This document shows positions 9,897 to 20,894 of a stretch of 64,000 bases of DNA, piece after piece; within the stretch, counting starts at the first letter, position 1, and every line of letters begins with the position of its first letter. The translations under genes were made by a program, and so were the position numbers. The stretch lies in NCBI GenBank assembly GCA_900696645.1, contig CAADGV010000043.1, positions 66,848 to 130,847 of the forward strand, read 5' to 3'. The notes under the pieces are model-generated. The model was not told the DNA's origin. It saw nothing but the letters and a program-made list of their open reading frames with translations, and ran no database searches. Source of the DNA: an uncultured Chlorobiota bacterium. Its GTDB lineage: Bacteria > Bacteroidota > Ignavibacteria > UBA10030 > UBA6906.

Positions 9897-10220
9897 CTAA
9901 TTCCCCATCCCTAATTTCTTCCGTGCCTCTTCCGACATCATGGCGGGAGACCATGCGGGCTGCCATACGATGCGAACATCCGCCTCCTTCACGCCGGGAA
10001 TTTTCATGACGCGGTTCCGCACGTTCTGCGAAATCATTCCGCTCATGCCGCAACCCGGCGAGGTCAGCGTCATCTTCACGCCAACCCAATCGTCGATGAT
10101 CTTCACATCATAAATAAGCCCGAGGTCAACAAGGTTGACGGGAATTTCAGGGTCGTAGCATTCGCGGAGGGCATCGTACACTGAAGCTTCGGAGATTGCT
10201 GTCATGCTCTGTTCTGCCAT
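9897..10220 (-). CDS. DUF59 / SufT-PaaD-like Fe-S cluster assembly factor
   Basis: DPEIPVNLVDLGLIY, MTLTSPGC, W.PAWSP.MMSEEA; start at MAEQS. Confidence 0.9.
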   Translation of the reverse strand: MAEQSMTAISEASVYDALRECYDPEIPVNLVDLGLIYDVKIIDDWVGVKMTLTSPGCGMSGMISQNVRNRVMKIPGVKEADVRIVWQPAWSPAMMSEEARKKLGMGN

Positions 10221-10382
10221 GATTGTCGTTCCTTCAATATCTTCATTGGCGCATTGTTGCTGTACCAAAGTACGCAATCGTGTGTGAAATATCAATGAAG
10301 AAAAGGGCGAACCGGCAAGTCGTACTTGATTGTTGCTAACGGATTGAAGGGATTGGATTTCTGGGTCGTCTCGGTTGCGTGA

Positions 10383-10465
10383 TCGTCATGGTACCGTGAC
10401 GACAAGCTTATTGGGTTAATGAAGTTGCTGTCACGGTGCAGGATGGTTCAGGAAACCGTGACAGC
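10383..10465. repeat. REP-like palindrome cluster
   Basis: TCGTCATGGTACCGTGACGA (10383-10402) and GCTGTCACGGT...ACCGTGACAGC (10427-10465) share an ACCGTGAC core. Confidence 0.6.
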
Positions 10466-10469
10466 CCAG

Positions 10470-11756
10470 TCACACTGAGTTCTCGTTTAGCCCCGGGCTC
10501 GTTTCATTCGTAAGCTCGAGCGGCACTATTGTTCCATTCGAGAGTTTCAGATTGATTGCCGTAATCTCGACCGAGAAGAATGCCGAGGTATCGGTCAATA
10601 CAGGATCCAGCCGTGCAGACCCGGTTTGCTCGCGCAATGGTTTCTTTTGATGATACGGCCGCCGGGCAACGACAGCCCGTCTGCTGTATTGCGTGGAAAC
10701 CACAGAACTCAATGTGCTCTTTTCCGCCCGATTTGTTTCCGTTCCGAACACGAGTTGGTATGGCGGACCGGTAACATCTGTTCCCGCCATGCGTGTTGAT
10801 GCAAGCGGACCGTTAGACCCGGCAATGACAAGATTCGGATGGATCAATGACTCATATGCTTCGGTTACTGTCCATTCCTCACCCGCGCTTTCAGCTTTGT
10901 ACGTGCTCGATCCGTCATCCCATGCACAGACTATGTTCCCTGAAGATAAGTTGCTGACCGTCGGACGTGAGAAATCGACAGCAGGGGAATTACTAACGAA
11001 TTCATGAGCCTCTTCCCATTTGTCATCGTGCCAGAGTTGGTACATTACTCTCTGTTGCTGCTCTTGCTGTGGGTTGGATGCTTCCCATACAACATGGGCT
11101 TCGCCTGGACTGTTCGACGTATTGGCGCTTACCTGTGAGGAGCGCGACAGCGGGGCAACACTCGCCGGTACGACTTCATCAACCGAACCGACGTAGTCGA
11201 TGATTTTGACATTCTGCCTGTTGTCATACGTCAGAAAGAAATTCGCATCGCTAACGCCGGAAACGCTCGGGCTCAAATAACCGGAGTACAGCATCTCCTC
11301 ACCAGCCCATTCCCAGTCGCCATTCTCCGGATACGCGAAATTCATCCATAAACCTCCCGTGCCTTCCCAAAAGGCATACAGCCACGGACCGCCGAAATAA
11401 TCGACACGCGTGATGACGGGTCTCGTGTCAATATTGGTGCTGATTGACGTCGAGTTAAGTTGAACTGAGGACGAAATTCCGGCCTCCGGAAACGGCGGTA
11501 TGGTAAACATGATTTGGTAATTGCCGCCGGACTGCTTCCGGTACACGGCATACAAGTCTGTATCGCACGGATCATTCAAAGGGCTGCTTGTGACGCACTC
11601 AGTCCAAAGGGCAATGGACGGCGCGCTCGCTGTGGCGCCACTGTTGGTGAAGCGTGTATCATACCACCATGCCGCTCCGTTGTCGAACGAAACATTCCAC
11701 CAAAGTTCACCCGCGCTGGGATAGGCAAGGGCATACAGCTCCTCTCCGTGGGTTCC
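10470..11756 (-). pseudogene. Truncated fragment of a beta-propeller-like secreted protein
   Basis: Frame stays open upstream of the TTG at 11579 (GEELYALAYPSAGELWWNVSFDNG...) until an in-frame TGA; no signal peptide; ends at the REP-like repeats. Confidence 0.55.
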
Positions 11757-11831
11757 TCACAGCATTGGGGCAGTTTGTTCTGGTTCTTCTATGCCCTTGA
11801 TGTTTACCCTCCTTTCACGTCTTGTTCTTGT

Positions 11832-13157
11832 TCATCTTCGACCAACAAGAGCCATTCCGCGACTTCCTAACCACCCTACAGCAACGATCATGTTCCCTTT
11901 TGCCGCAACTGAATGGTAAAGCCCCGAGCCTAACCAGATTTCGGGATACACGTGCCAACGTACTCCATTGAAGTGCCCGGCAAACCTGAAGTCTCCGACC
12001 ACAAAGATATCATTGGCTGCTGTTCCACGTATGCTGTTCGTGTAAATCAGCGGCAATTGTTGCTCCGTCCAAGAGTTCCCCCGTTGAATGGCAAAAACGC
12101 CTCCGCCCGAAGTGTAAACTCGTGAATTCAAGTTGAACCAAACTGAGTGGATTCTTCTAGTTTGCATAGGCCAGGCGAGAGAATCGAGAACCCCATGCTG
12201 ATTGATTCGCAGAAGTTTCTTTTCACCTCCTTCGTACTTGTTCGATGCAGCTACCAGTATCTGGTTTTCTCCCATCCATCGATTGTTTCCACCCCACACA
12301 TCATTGAGCGATACCGTCGTCCCGCTCTCCAACTGCCGCCACGTCGTACCTGATTTATGTACGATGAAGCCATTGTTGCCAACAAACCAGAGGTCATCCG
12401 AATTGCTTCCCCAAATCTTACTTGCACTCCCCACGCCTTGTACGCCGGCATGTTCTGTCCAGTTGGCTCCGTCAAAATGTTGCGCAGTGCCTGCCGCAAC
12501 CCATATATCGTCAGGGCCAAATGCGAAGATCGCCCGGATAGGCGTGAAGAGGAAGAACTCCGGGCCGCAATTGGGATAATACAAACGGCAATCAAAAAGC
12601 CGCCGCATTAACTCCCATCGCTGACCGTTCCACCGCGCGATGTTAAACGGAGGATTAACCCAGTTACCCGAAGAATCCCGTTTCCAGATTTCCCCTACTG
12701 CATACACCAACGTATCGTTGATGATCGCTACGTCGTACAGCACGCTGCTGCCACCATCTCCCAACGTATCTACCTGCCATGTGAAGTTGTGACTCGTTGT
12801 GTCCATCGTCGTCAGTTGCACGGCTGCGCTTGTCTCAATCACGCTTGAGTCACTATCAAGCTTTTGCAGTTGGTACGTGTAGGTGCGGTTGGGGAGTAAA
12901 CCCTCGTCAACAAGCAGAGAGTCAAAGGAAATCAGTCGAAGAGTCTGTTTAGTTTGTGGAGTCGGGCCAAGCAATACGAGGCGGACTGTGGCGGGTACTT
13001 CAGTTGTGCTTGCCGTTAACCAGGCCTCCGTGCAACTCGCGTCTTCGGCTTTGAATGCTATTGTTGCCTGTTGCGGCGGCGGTGGCAGAACGGGGGGATC
13101 TTTTTTGCAACTGAATGCAAGAGCAAAACAAATCGGGATCAGCAGATAGTTCTTCAT
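11832..13157 (-). CDS. Uncharacterised lipoprotein (Fn3-like plus beta-propeller), Ignavibacteria-type family
   Basis: Lipobox AFSC; DTTSHNFTWQVDTLG, LYDVAIINDTLVYAVGEI, IWGS..DDLWFVG..G.I.H repeats; RBS GGAGG. Confidence 0.8.
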   Translation of the reverse strand: MKNYLLIPICFALAFSCKKDPPVLPPPPQQATIAFKAEDASCTEAWLTASTTEVPATVRLVLLGPTPQTKQTLRLISFDSLLVDEGLLPNRTYTYQLQKLDSDSSVIETSAAVQLTTMDTTSHNFTWQVDTLGDGGSSVLYDVAIINDTLVYAVGEIWKRDSSGNWVNPPFNIARWNGQRWELMRRLFDCRLYYPNCGPEFFLFTPIRAIFAFGPDDIWVAAGTAQHFDGANWTEHAGVQGVGSASKIWGSNSDDLWFVGNNGFIVHKSGTTWRQLESGTTVSLNDVWGGNNRWMGENQILVAASNKYEGGEKKLLRINQHGVLDSLAWPMQTRRIHSVWFNLNSRVYTSGGGVFAIQRGNSWTEQQLPLIYTNSIRGTAANDIFVVGDFRFAGHFNGVRWHVYPEIWLGSGLYHSVAAKGNMIVAVGWLGSRGMALVGRR

Positions 13158-13190
13158 AGTCTCCTCCGCTTAAGAGAAAAACTTTCTATT

Positions 13191-13300
13191 ATGAGATGAG
13201 ATGAGATGAGATGAGATGAGATGAGATGAGATGAGATGAGATGAGATGAGATGAGATGAGATGAGATGAGATGAGATGAGATGAGATGAGATGAGATGAG
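13191..13300. repeat. Perfect pentanucleotide microsatellite (ATGAG)x22
   Basis: 22 uninterrupted ATGAG units, 33 bp upstream of the lipoprotein start. Confidence 0.97.
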
Positions 13301-13586
13301 ACATCTTTCCAAGGTGAAGCTACAACCCTGTCGCCACGCCATCCCACAATCTCATCCAAGTCAAAGAACAACTAAACCAAAGTGAGCAAGCTTGGAACAT
13401 CTTCGACTGGCCGCAATATAACATCATCGCAGCAAGAAGTCAAGAATAATCGTAAGAAAAGGCGAAAGAGAATTGCAGTTTGGTGAGTGGCACTACGTCG
13501 TATCGCGTGTTGCGGTGTTCAAGGACAACCTACTGACAACGAAGGGGCCAAGAGATAAATTCAAGGAGAGGAATTGTCGAGGGAAC

Positions 13587-14054
13587 CTACAGAAGGAGAA
13601 ATTCCTTCAACTCTTCAAACGACGAGAAGATCAGCGTCGTACATCCCAACACCCACCCGGGAATTTCTGTGTACGGCATTGCCGTAACCATGTAGACGGG
13701 TTTGCCGAAGTATTTCGCCATCGTCAACTCTCCTTTTGTGCCGGCGCCGCGCATCGCGGAATCATCCCAATAACAAATCACTAACTCCGAACGTTCGGCA
13801 ATCTCCTTGCAGTCGATTTCAACAAGCTTCGCAACAATAGCAGCGTACGTGACGATGTCTTTTTCCTTGAGGGCACGAATATCAATATGGGGATAATTGC
13901 GGGCAAAGAAGCGGTCGCTTTCGACGTTGGGATTGAAGACCCTGCACTTGAGTCTTTCTTCGAGCCAATCGTGCATCTCCTGCCTCCAGTCACGCCCTTC
14001 ATTCTCCGCGTATTCCATCCCACCGGAAAGATAGACATGTGTGAAGTTCGTCAT
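13587..14054 (-). CDS. Nucleoside 2-deoxyribosyltransferase-like protein
   Basis: VYLSGGME..WR, FNP, D..EI, GAGTKGEL.MAKYFGKPV. Confidence 0.7.
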   Translation of the reverse strand: MTNFTHVYLSGGMEYAENEGRDWRQEMHDWLEERLKCRVFNPNVESDRFFARNYPHIDIRALKEKDIVTYAAIVAKLVEIDCKEIAERSELVICYWDDSAMRGAGTKGELTMAKYFGKPVYMVTAMPYTEIPGWVLGCTTLIFSSFEELKEFLLL

Positions 14055-14063
14055 GGGAAGATC

Positions 14064-14729
14064 TCAGCGCAGCATATCAAGTGCATACACGTTGACGGCG
14101 GGAAGCAGCAATGCATACAGCGCCCACATCGCCGCGCCGACGCTGAGCGGAATCGAGAGATTGTCATCAAGAATCGTAAACCACGATTCAACGACTGTCC
14201 CGACGAGCGCGGCAACCGCGCCGATGAGATACTCCATAAATCCGCCGTCGACTTTCGGGGTGAGGACAACCACAACGAGAGCGCTGAGAAAAAATGCGGC
14301 GGCCCCTTCGAGGCTCTTGTTCAGAAAGCGTCGCTTGCCAAACTTGCGTCCCACCAGCGCCGCGAGAGTATCGGAAACGATCAGAATGGAGAAGGCGGTG
14401 ATGAATACAACTTTCGGAAAGATCCAGATGAAGATACAGGCGGCAAGCAACACATACGTTGCGCCGTTGAGACTGCGCTTGCCGTCGTCAAGCTCATGTT
14501 TTCTCAGCAGCCAGCCAAACAGCTTGTGGTAGAATTGCCGGGTCGGGGGGTGATAGACGCGGGCAACATCCGACAGCCCGAACACCAGCGTAAGAGGAAG
14601 AAGAATGGACAACGCCGTGGATTTGGTGATGAAGTAGTAAACAACGGGAATCGAAAGCGAGCAGAGGTGAATTGTCTTTCGGACTAATTCAACAGCATAA
14701 CTCTGCTCGACATTCGGAAAGTCATTCAT
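14064..14729 (-). CDS. SEC59/DGK1/VTE5-family CTP-dependent polyprenol/diacylglycerol kinase
   Basis: ELVRKTIH, LLRKHE, SDTLAALVG.KFG, KSLEG, DDNLSIP. Confidence 0.88.
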   Translation of the reverse strand: MNDFPNVEQSYAVELVRKTIHLCSLSIPVVYYFITKSTALSILLPLTLVFGLSDVARVYHPPTRQFYHKLFGWLLRKHELDDGKRSLNGATYVLLAACIFIWIFPKVVFITAFSILIVSDTLAALVGRKFGKRRFLNKSLEGAAAFFLSALVVVVLTPKVDGGFMEYLIGAVAALVGTVVESWFTILDDNLSIPLSVGAAMWALYALLLPAVNVYALDMLR

Positions 14730-16762
14730 TTCTTGATATCGGAGGAGCCAACGGGGGCAGGTTCGATGTGTCCGTTCCCCCGCTTTTCCAATGGCGGAAG
14801 TTCTTCGCCGCGAATGATGGTGTCGATCTCGTTCGCGTCAAGAATCTCGCGTTCGAGCAACGCCTGCGAAAGCCGGTGCAGCAAATCCATATGCTCGCGG
14901 AGAATCTTCTCCGCACGGTTCATGCCGCCCTCGACAATTTTCTTCACTTCGGCGTCAATGGCAATCGCCGTGTCTTCGCTGTAATTTCTCTGGCGTGTGA
15001 TTTGCCGCCCGAGGAAGATCTCTTCATCTTTCTGGCCGTACGTCAACGGGCCGAGCGTCTCGCTCATGCCCCACTCGCAGACCATTTTTCTGGCAATTTC
15101 CGTGGAACGCTCAATGTCGTTGCCTGCGCCGGTTGTCAGCTCACCGAAAATCAATTTCTCGGCCGCCCGTCCACCCAACGCGTAGCAAATCATGGCTTCG
15201 AGGTACGCCTTGGAATACGTGTGTTTCTCATCTATAGGAAGATACGTTGTTAAGCCGAGCGCCCTGCCACGAGGGATGATCGTCACTTTGTGCACGGGAT
15301 CGGCTTCGGGAATCATCCGCGCAACTAACACGTGCCCGATTTCGTGATACGACGTGATCTTCTTTTCTTTCTCAGAAATGATCATGCTCTTGCGTTCCAT
15401 CCCCATCATCACCTTGTCTTTTGCGTCTTCAAAATGCTGCATCGTCACTGCCTTGGCATTCTGACGTGCAGCAAGCAACGCTGCTTCGTTCACGAGGTTT
15501 GCAAGCTCGGCGCCCGCAAGTCCGGGTGAGCCTTTGGCAAGAGTCTCGAGTTTCACATCCTCGGCAAGCGGAATGTTCTTCGTATGCACGCGGAGAATCC
15601 CTTCCCTTCCCTTCACATCGGGACGGTCAACAACAACCTGCCGGTCGAAGCGGCCGGGACGCATGAGCGCGGGATCGAGTACATCAGGACGATTCGTAGC
15701 CGCGATAATAATGACGCCGCTGTTTTGCTCAAAGCCATCCATCTCGACAAGCAGTTGATTCAGTGTTTGCTCGCGTTCATCGTGCCCACCGCCGAGACCC
15801 GCGCCGCGGTGGCGTCCGACGGCGTCAATTTCGTCGATGAAGATTATGCACGGAGCGCTTTTCTTTCCTTGCTCAAACAAATCGCGCACACGGCTTGCCC
15901 CGACACCGACGAACATCTCGACAAAATCAGCTCCTGAGATTGAAAAGAACGGAACTCCTGCTTCACCGGCAACCGCGCGGGCAAGCAATGTCTTGCCGGT
16001 TCCCGGAGGGCCGAGCAGAAGTACGCCTCGTGGAATTTTTCCTCCGAGCTTCTGAAACTTCGTCGGCTCCTTTAAGAACTCAATAATCTCCTGCAACTCG
16101 ACTTTTGCTTCATCGGCTCCGGCGACGTCGAGGAATGTGACTTTCGGAGCCCCTTCGTTCAGCATTTTAGCCCGACTCTTCCCGAACGAGAAAATTCCCT
16201 TGGGCCCGCCGCCCTGCATCCTGCGCATGATGATAAGCCAAACGACGAGCAGAAGAATCCACGGCAGGATGCCGATAAGCGCGCTGATCCACGTGTTGTC
16301 TTCGCGAACAACGGTAAATTTGAGTCCGCGATCAGTCCAGTCTTTTATGACAGCGCTGTCGAGAATAGGCAGCGTGAGAACAAACTTGTCAAACACGACT
16401 TCCTTGCCGCCCCGCATCACTCTCTTGCGTTCACGTAACTTGCCGTGAAAATCATAGTTGGCCAAATCGGATTTCTTGATTGTGGCCTCGGCGATATCGT
16501 TCGCTTGCAGATATGCCTGATACTCGGTGTATGTGATTTCCTGCTCGGCGCCTTCGGGCCCTTTGAACATCTGCATCATCACAAACACGAGAACAATAAT
16601 TGCCGACCAACTGAGAACGACCTTCAGCACTCTGTTCCAGTTGAAATCATCATCCGGTCGGAATTGCTGCCCGGGACGTTTCTTTCCGGGTCGCTGAAAC
16701 CCGCGCTTCTTGTCCGAATCCCCGGAACGCATACCGCCGTCTGTCTTCTTTTTTTCGTCCAT
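14726..16762 (-). CDS. ftsH: ATP-dependent zinc metalloprotease FtsH
   Basis: Two TM segments, [27 protein letters not shown]. Confidence 0.99.
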   Translation of the reverse strand: MDEKKKTDGGMRSGDSDKKRGFQRPGKKRPGQQFRPDDDFNWNRVLKVVLSWSAIIVLVFVMMQMFKGPEGAEQEITYTEYQAYLQANDIAEATIKKSDLANYDFHGKLRERKRVMRGGKEVVFDKFVLTLPILDSAVIKDWTDRGLKFTVVREDNTWISALIGILPWILLLVVWLIIMRRMQGGGPKGIFSFGKSRAKMLNEGAPKVTFLDVAGADEAKVELQEIIEFLKEPTKFQKLGGKIPRGVLLLGPPGTGKTLLARAVAGEAGVPFFSISGADFVEMFVGVGASRVRDLFEQGKKSAPCIIFIDEIDAVGRHRGAGLGGGHDEREQTLNQLLVEMDGFEQNSGVIIIAATNRPDVLDPALMRPGRFDRQVVVDRPDVKGREGILRVHTKNIPLAEDVKLETLAKGSPGLAGAELANLVNEAALLAARQNAKAVTMQHFEDAKDKVMMGMERKSMIISEKEKKITSYHEIGHVLVARMIPEADPVHKVTIIPRGRALGLTTYLPIDEKHTYSKAYLEAMICYALGGRAAEKLIFGELTTGAGNDIERSTEIARKMVCEWGMSETLGPLTYGQKDEEIFLGRQITRQRNYSEDTAIAIDAEVKKIVEGGMNRAEKILREHMDLLHRLSQALLEREILDANEIDTIIRGEELPPLEKRGNGHIEPAPVGSSDIKK

Positions 16763-16784
16763 CTCTTCCTCGTTAACGTAAAAA

Positions 16785-17339
16785 TCAGCTTTCTTTCAAC
16801 CGGTAGATTGCCTTGAGATGACGCAGCTTCTGCGCGTAATCAAGGCCGTAGCCGATCACAAAATCCTTCGGAATCGAAAATCCGATGTAGTCAATCTTCA
16901 TCTGCGTTTTTACCGCATCCTTCTTGTACAGTAGAGTAACAACGCGAAACGACTTTGGGTTCTGATGGAGAATCAGATCGCGGATATACTCCATGGAGAG
17001 TCCGGAATCGATAATATCTTCCACAATGATGATGTCGCGTCCCTCCACCTGGCAATTCAAATCCTTCAGCAGCCGGACGTTCCCCGACGAAATCTTCGCA
17101 TCTCCGTAGCTGGAGAGCTTGAGAAAGTCGATTTCACAATCAATGCTCACTTCGCGAATCAAGTCTGAAAAGAAAATAAAAGAGCCGTTCAGAATACCGA
17201 TAAATACCGGCACGGTGCCTTTGTAGTCTTTGCTGATCGTCCGGGCAAGCTCCTTCACTTTTGCCTTGATGCGACGCTCGCTCAGCATGACAACGAAGCG
17301 ATCGCCGTTAATTTTCAGACTTTTTTTGTTGAAGGGCAT
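16785..17339 (-). CDS. hpt: Hypoxanthine phosphoribosyltransferase
   Basis: ILNGSFIF, IVEDIIDSG, FVIGYGLDY. Confidence 0.98.
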   Translation of the reverse strand: MPFNKKSLKINGDRFVVMLSERRIKAKVKELARTISKDYKGTVPVFIGILNGSFIFFSDLIREVSIDCEIDFLKLSSYGDAKISSGNVRLLKDLNCQVEGRDIIIVEDIIDSGLSMEYIRDLILHQNPKSFRVVTLLYKKDAVKTQMKIDYIGFSIPKDFVIGYGLDYAQKLRHLKAIYRLKES

Positions 17340-18732
17340 TCTGCTTTGGTAATATGGAAAAATGAAGTTTCATCACCCGCCGCGTTTCCATCGTGACTTT
17401 GAATCTTTCGTCAATTCTGTATCCGCACACCCACACAATGTCGCCCCCTTTTGTTTCGAGAATCGGAACGAACGGCTTCTCGAACACCGGAATCTTGGCG
17501 TCGACGAAGAAATCGCTGAGCTTCTTGCGGCTTGTCATACCCAGCGGAATGAACCAATCTCCTTCCCGCCACGAGCGGATGATAAGCTCCTGGCCTTCAA
17601 CCTTGTCCGCATCGATATACTCGGTATCCCTGCCGTTCGTCGGGGCGATGCGCGTTTCAAGGATTTCCGACGAAAACTCGAACCGCTCGAACCGGTAGCG
17701 ATGAGCCGGAAGAACCGCAAACCGGAACTCCACCTTCTCTTCAACGCGTCGAAAGATCAGATGATCCCGGTCCCGATAGACAACGGAATTCTTGTCGATT
17801 TCGACTCGCGATCCGGTCAACCCTTCTGTTAACTCCAGCACCCGGCTTACGTTGTCGTATTCGAGTTTAGTTCCGGAGAATGCTTCGGAAGCCATCATGA
17901 CAATGTAGTGCTGGATCAACTTCGGAATCGTACGCAGCTTTGTGATTGAAAGATGCAGTTCCTCATTACTGTCGAACACAACAACGGACTGGTACTGGGC
18001 GCGGGCAGTCTCTCGGAGAAATACATCCAACTCACGAAACAACTCCGCCGATCGACTCATCGTCGAAACAACACCAGGATTCACTTCCTCTTTGATGAGA
18101 GGAAGGATCCGATGTCTGACAAAATTCCGTGTGTAATACTCCTTCTCGTTGGAGGAATCAATGCGGAATGTCAGATGCTCGGCGGCCGCGTAGGCCTCAA
18201 TCTCCGACCGTTCAGCAAACAGCAACGGCCGGATGATCCGCCGATCTTCGCGATACACGGGAATTCCGGAAAGACCCGTAACGCCGGAACCGCGGAACAG
18301 ATTCATCATGATCGTTTCAACATTGTCGTCGGCATTATGTGCCGTGGCAATTTTGTCGAACCCGCTTGAAAGCAACAGTTTGTCAAAGAACTCATACCGC
18401 AAGATGCGGGCGGCCTCTTGAATCCCAACACGATGCTGTTGCGCAAATGCTTCAGTATCGGCATGCTCCACATACAATTCAAATCCGTAGTGGCGTGCCA
18501 TGCGCACAACAAGGGCCTCATCGCCGTCGGATTCAGCACCCCGCAACCCGAAGTTGAAATGGGCGACTATAACCGTCAGCCCGAACGACTCCTGCTCCTT
18601 TGCGAGCAAGTCCAGCAACACCATTGAGTCGGCCCCGCCACTGACTGCGGCAATAATCCGATCACGCTCTTCAATGAGATGCTTCCGCCGGCTGAACTCA
18701 TGAAATTGCGTGACAAAAGCTCTCGACGACAT
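17308..18732 (-). CDS. tilS: tRNA(Ile)-lysidine synthase
   Basis: AVSGGADS, TAHNADD.VET, IRPLL, DSSN...TRN; conserved tilS-hpt-ftsH order; start probably MSSRAF at 18732. Confidence 0.97.
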   Translation of the reverse strand: MSSRAFVTQFHEFSRRKHLIEERDRIIAAVSGGADSMVLLDLLAKEQESFGLTVIVAHFNFGLRGAESDGDEALVVRMARHYGFELYVEHADTEAFAQQHRVGIQEAARILRYEFFDKLLLSSGFDKIATAHNADDNVETIMMNLFRGSGVTGLSGIPVYREDRRIIRPLLFAERSEIEAYAAAEHLTFRIDSSNEKEYYTRNFVRHRILPLIKEEVNPGVVSTMSRSAELFRELDVFLRETARAQYQSVVVFDSNEELHLSITKLRTIPKLIQHYIVMMASEAFSGTKLEYDNVSRVLELTEGLTGSRVEIDKNSVVYRDRDHLIFRRVEEKVEFRFAVLPAHRYRFERFEFSSEILETRIAPTNGRDTEYIDADKVEGQELIIRSWREGDWFIPLGMTSRKKLSDFFVDAKIPVFEKPFVPILETKGGDIVWVCGYRIDERFKVTMETRRVMKLHFSILPKQNALQQKKSEN

Positions 18733-18919
18733 CGCTTGCGTGTTTCCCCCGTTGGAAATGGCGGAAGCCTCGAAAACCTGACTCCGCCGACGAAAAATGC
18801 CCTTTTTCAATATCGATCTGCACGCCGATAAAAAGGTACTGAATATGATAAGGAATTTGAGATTCTTTTGCTATCCCCGACTTCATACTGAAATGGAACA
18901 ACGGTGGAGTGCTGCGAGG

Positions 18920-20518
18920 TTAAGTTCGAAGAAGATACAACGCGGTAATATCATCGCTTTGCGGAGCCGATCCCGTGAAGGAGGAAACGTCGCTCATGAG
19001 CGAGTGTATGAAATCCTCCGCACTTTCCGGCCGGTTGTTGATCATGAATTTCTTGAATGAATCACTCGTGTCGTAAAGCTCTTCGTCACTGTTCATCGCC
19101 TCGGGAACGCCGTCCGTGTAGAGCAACACACGTTCTCCCGGTTGGATGATGATCCGATCACTCTGATACGGAAAGTCGATATCGAGCATGCCGAACGCAA
19201 TGCCGCCGTTTGCAAATTCCTCGATCGTGTTGTTGTTCCGGTGAACGTACATCGGATTGTGCCCGGCGTTGATCGTCTCCAACTCTCCCGTCGCAGGATT
19301 GAGAACCCCGACGATGCCGGTAATGTAGCGTTCGGGAGTAGATGAGCGATACATTGCGCTGTTGAGTTTCTGTGCCAGCGTCAGCAAGGAAAACTCCACC
19401 TCAAGGTATGCTGTCAGATATGCATGAAAACTGCTGACCAGCAATGCTGCAGGAACTCCCTTCCCTGCAACGTCCGCCATAATCAACGCGTACGTTCCGT
19501 TTGCAAGAGGTATGCAATCGTAATAATCTCCACCGACCGTTTTTGTAGGAATATTGATTCCGAAAAGATCGTAGCTTGCAATTTCAGGAAGCTTTTCCGG
19601 TATGATACGCTTCTGTATCGCCGCGGCAACTGCAATATCCTGCTCAATTTTCTGCTTCTCCAACTCTTCATTATGCAGAAACTGGCTTTCGATCACCGCG
19701 TGAACCTGACGGCACACAGCAGCAAGAAGCATATTGTCGGTTTCATCAAACGGGATTGTGCCTGCCCGGCTTTCCTTTTCGTACAGATTGAATGCGTATG
19801 CTGCATCATGGAACGTGAATCCCGCATGAATTCGATGGCGCTTATCCTTGATGCGATGCGGTTTGATCCCTTCCGGAAACACCAACTCCCCGGTCACATT
19901 GCCGTTGATTGTTTTCTTGAATGTTCCCCACGAAGCATTCGTGAGTGAGGCTGCACGTTCGAGCGCGAGAATCGGAGGAGAGACTTTCTTCTTCGGCCTC
20001 GTCAATTCAATGCCCGTATCGATGAGACTGTTCAGTTGCAGCAGGCGGTGATTGAGTGAGAAGATGAGTTCCTTTTCTTTCCGCTGCTGAAGGTGAGCCT
20101 GATACGCGTTTGCAAAGAGTTGGAGAAAAATCTGAAGCGAGATCTTGTCGAGAGATGAGTATGCGCTGCCGTCGAGCTTACGGCCCAGTACGACGCCCGC
20201 CGATGATTTATCAACGAGCGGTTGAACGGCGGTCAGTTTCGGGTCTTTACCGCCGAATCCCTTCAGCATGAACGTTGTTGACGCTTCACCGAGATACTCG
20301 GAGCTATCTTGCCCTTTGCCGTACAGAAATTCCCATGAGTCGGAGGATTTCTGCTTTCGATAAATGGAGATTTCCGATGTAACGAAATTTCCGCGAAGGA
20401 GATGAAAGAACTGTCGTGATAATTCCTTCAGATTCGACGTACGGGAGAGGGCGTCAAATCCATCCTGCAACGAATCGATTTGAACGGAGAGACGATCAAC
20501 GAGATGTTGGGACGACAC
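18920..20518 (-). CDS. RsbU-like PP2C/SpoIIE phosphatase with degenerate GAF-like N-terminus
   Basis: VGGDYYD, ADVAGKG, NAGH, YTDGV.E, SDDIT. Confidence 0.92.
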   Translation of the reverse strand: MSSQHLVDRLSVQIDSLQDGFDALSRTSNLKELSRQFFHLLRGNFVTSEISIYRKQKSSDSWEFLYGKGQDSSEYLGEASTTFMLKGFGGKDPKLTAVQPLVDKSSAGVVLGRKLDGSAYSSLDKISLQIFLQLFANAYQAHLQQRKEKELIFSLNHRLLQLNSLIDTGIELTRPKKKVSPPILALERAASLTNASWGTFKKTINGNVTGELVFPEGIKPHRIKDKRHRIHAGFTFHDAAYAFNLYEKESRAGTIPFDETDNMLLAAVCRQVHAVIESQFLHNEELEKQKIEQDIAVAAAIQKRIIPEKLPEIASYDLFGINIPTKTVGGDYYDCIPLANGTYALIMADVAGKGVPAALLVSSFHAYLTAYLEVEFSLLTLAQKLNSAMYRSSTPERYITGIVGVLNPATGELETINAGHNPMYVHRNNNTIEEFANGGIAFGMLDIDFPYQSDRIIIQPGERVLLYTDGVPEAMNSDEELYDTSDSFKKFMINNRPESAEDFIHSLMSDVSSFTGSAPQSDDITALYLLRT

Positions 20519-20535
20519 GGGTCTGCTCGCAATTG

Positions 20536-20886
20536 CTACGTTTGGAATGATTTGAGAGCATCAGGGACGGTCTTTTCCTTCCCGGCAAAGTTGAACAACC
20601 CCATTATGGAGAGCATCTTCTCGACGCCGGGATCAAGATTGGTGAACACGAGCTTGCCGCCTGTTTCTTCCAGCCGTTCGATAATTTCGATCAGAAAGGA
20701 CATCCCGATCGAGTTGACAACTTTTGATTGCGCCAGGTTGATAATCACCCGTCTGATGCCGGTATCAAAATGCTTACTGAACTCCTGCGCAATCGCTTCA
20801 CCGCCTTTGTTGTTGACATACCCCGACGTTGCAATCACCAGACACCCGTTCTGCACTTCTGATGTCAGTGTAAACTCTTGTTCCAT
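20536..20886 (-). CDS. STAS-domain anti-sigma factor antagonist (RsbV-like)
   Basis: INLAQSKVVNSIG containing the phosphoacceptor Ser; 116 aa. Confidence 0.9.
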   Translation of the reverse strand: MEQEFTLTSEVQNGCLVIATSGYVNNKGGEAIAQEFSKHFDTGIRRVIINLAQSKVVNSIGMSFLIEIIERLEETGGKLVFTNLDPGVEKMLSIMGLFNFAGKEKTVPDALKSFQT

Positions 20887-20894
20887 TATAGATC

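Noticed and set aside
13191..13300. Possible CRISPR array
   Set aside because: Pure 5-bp tandem repeat with no spacers; no cas genes in the window
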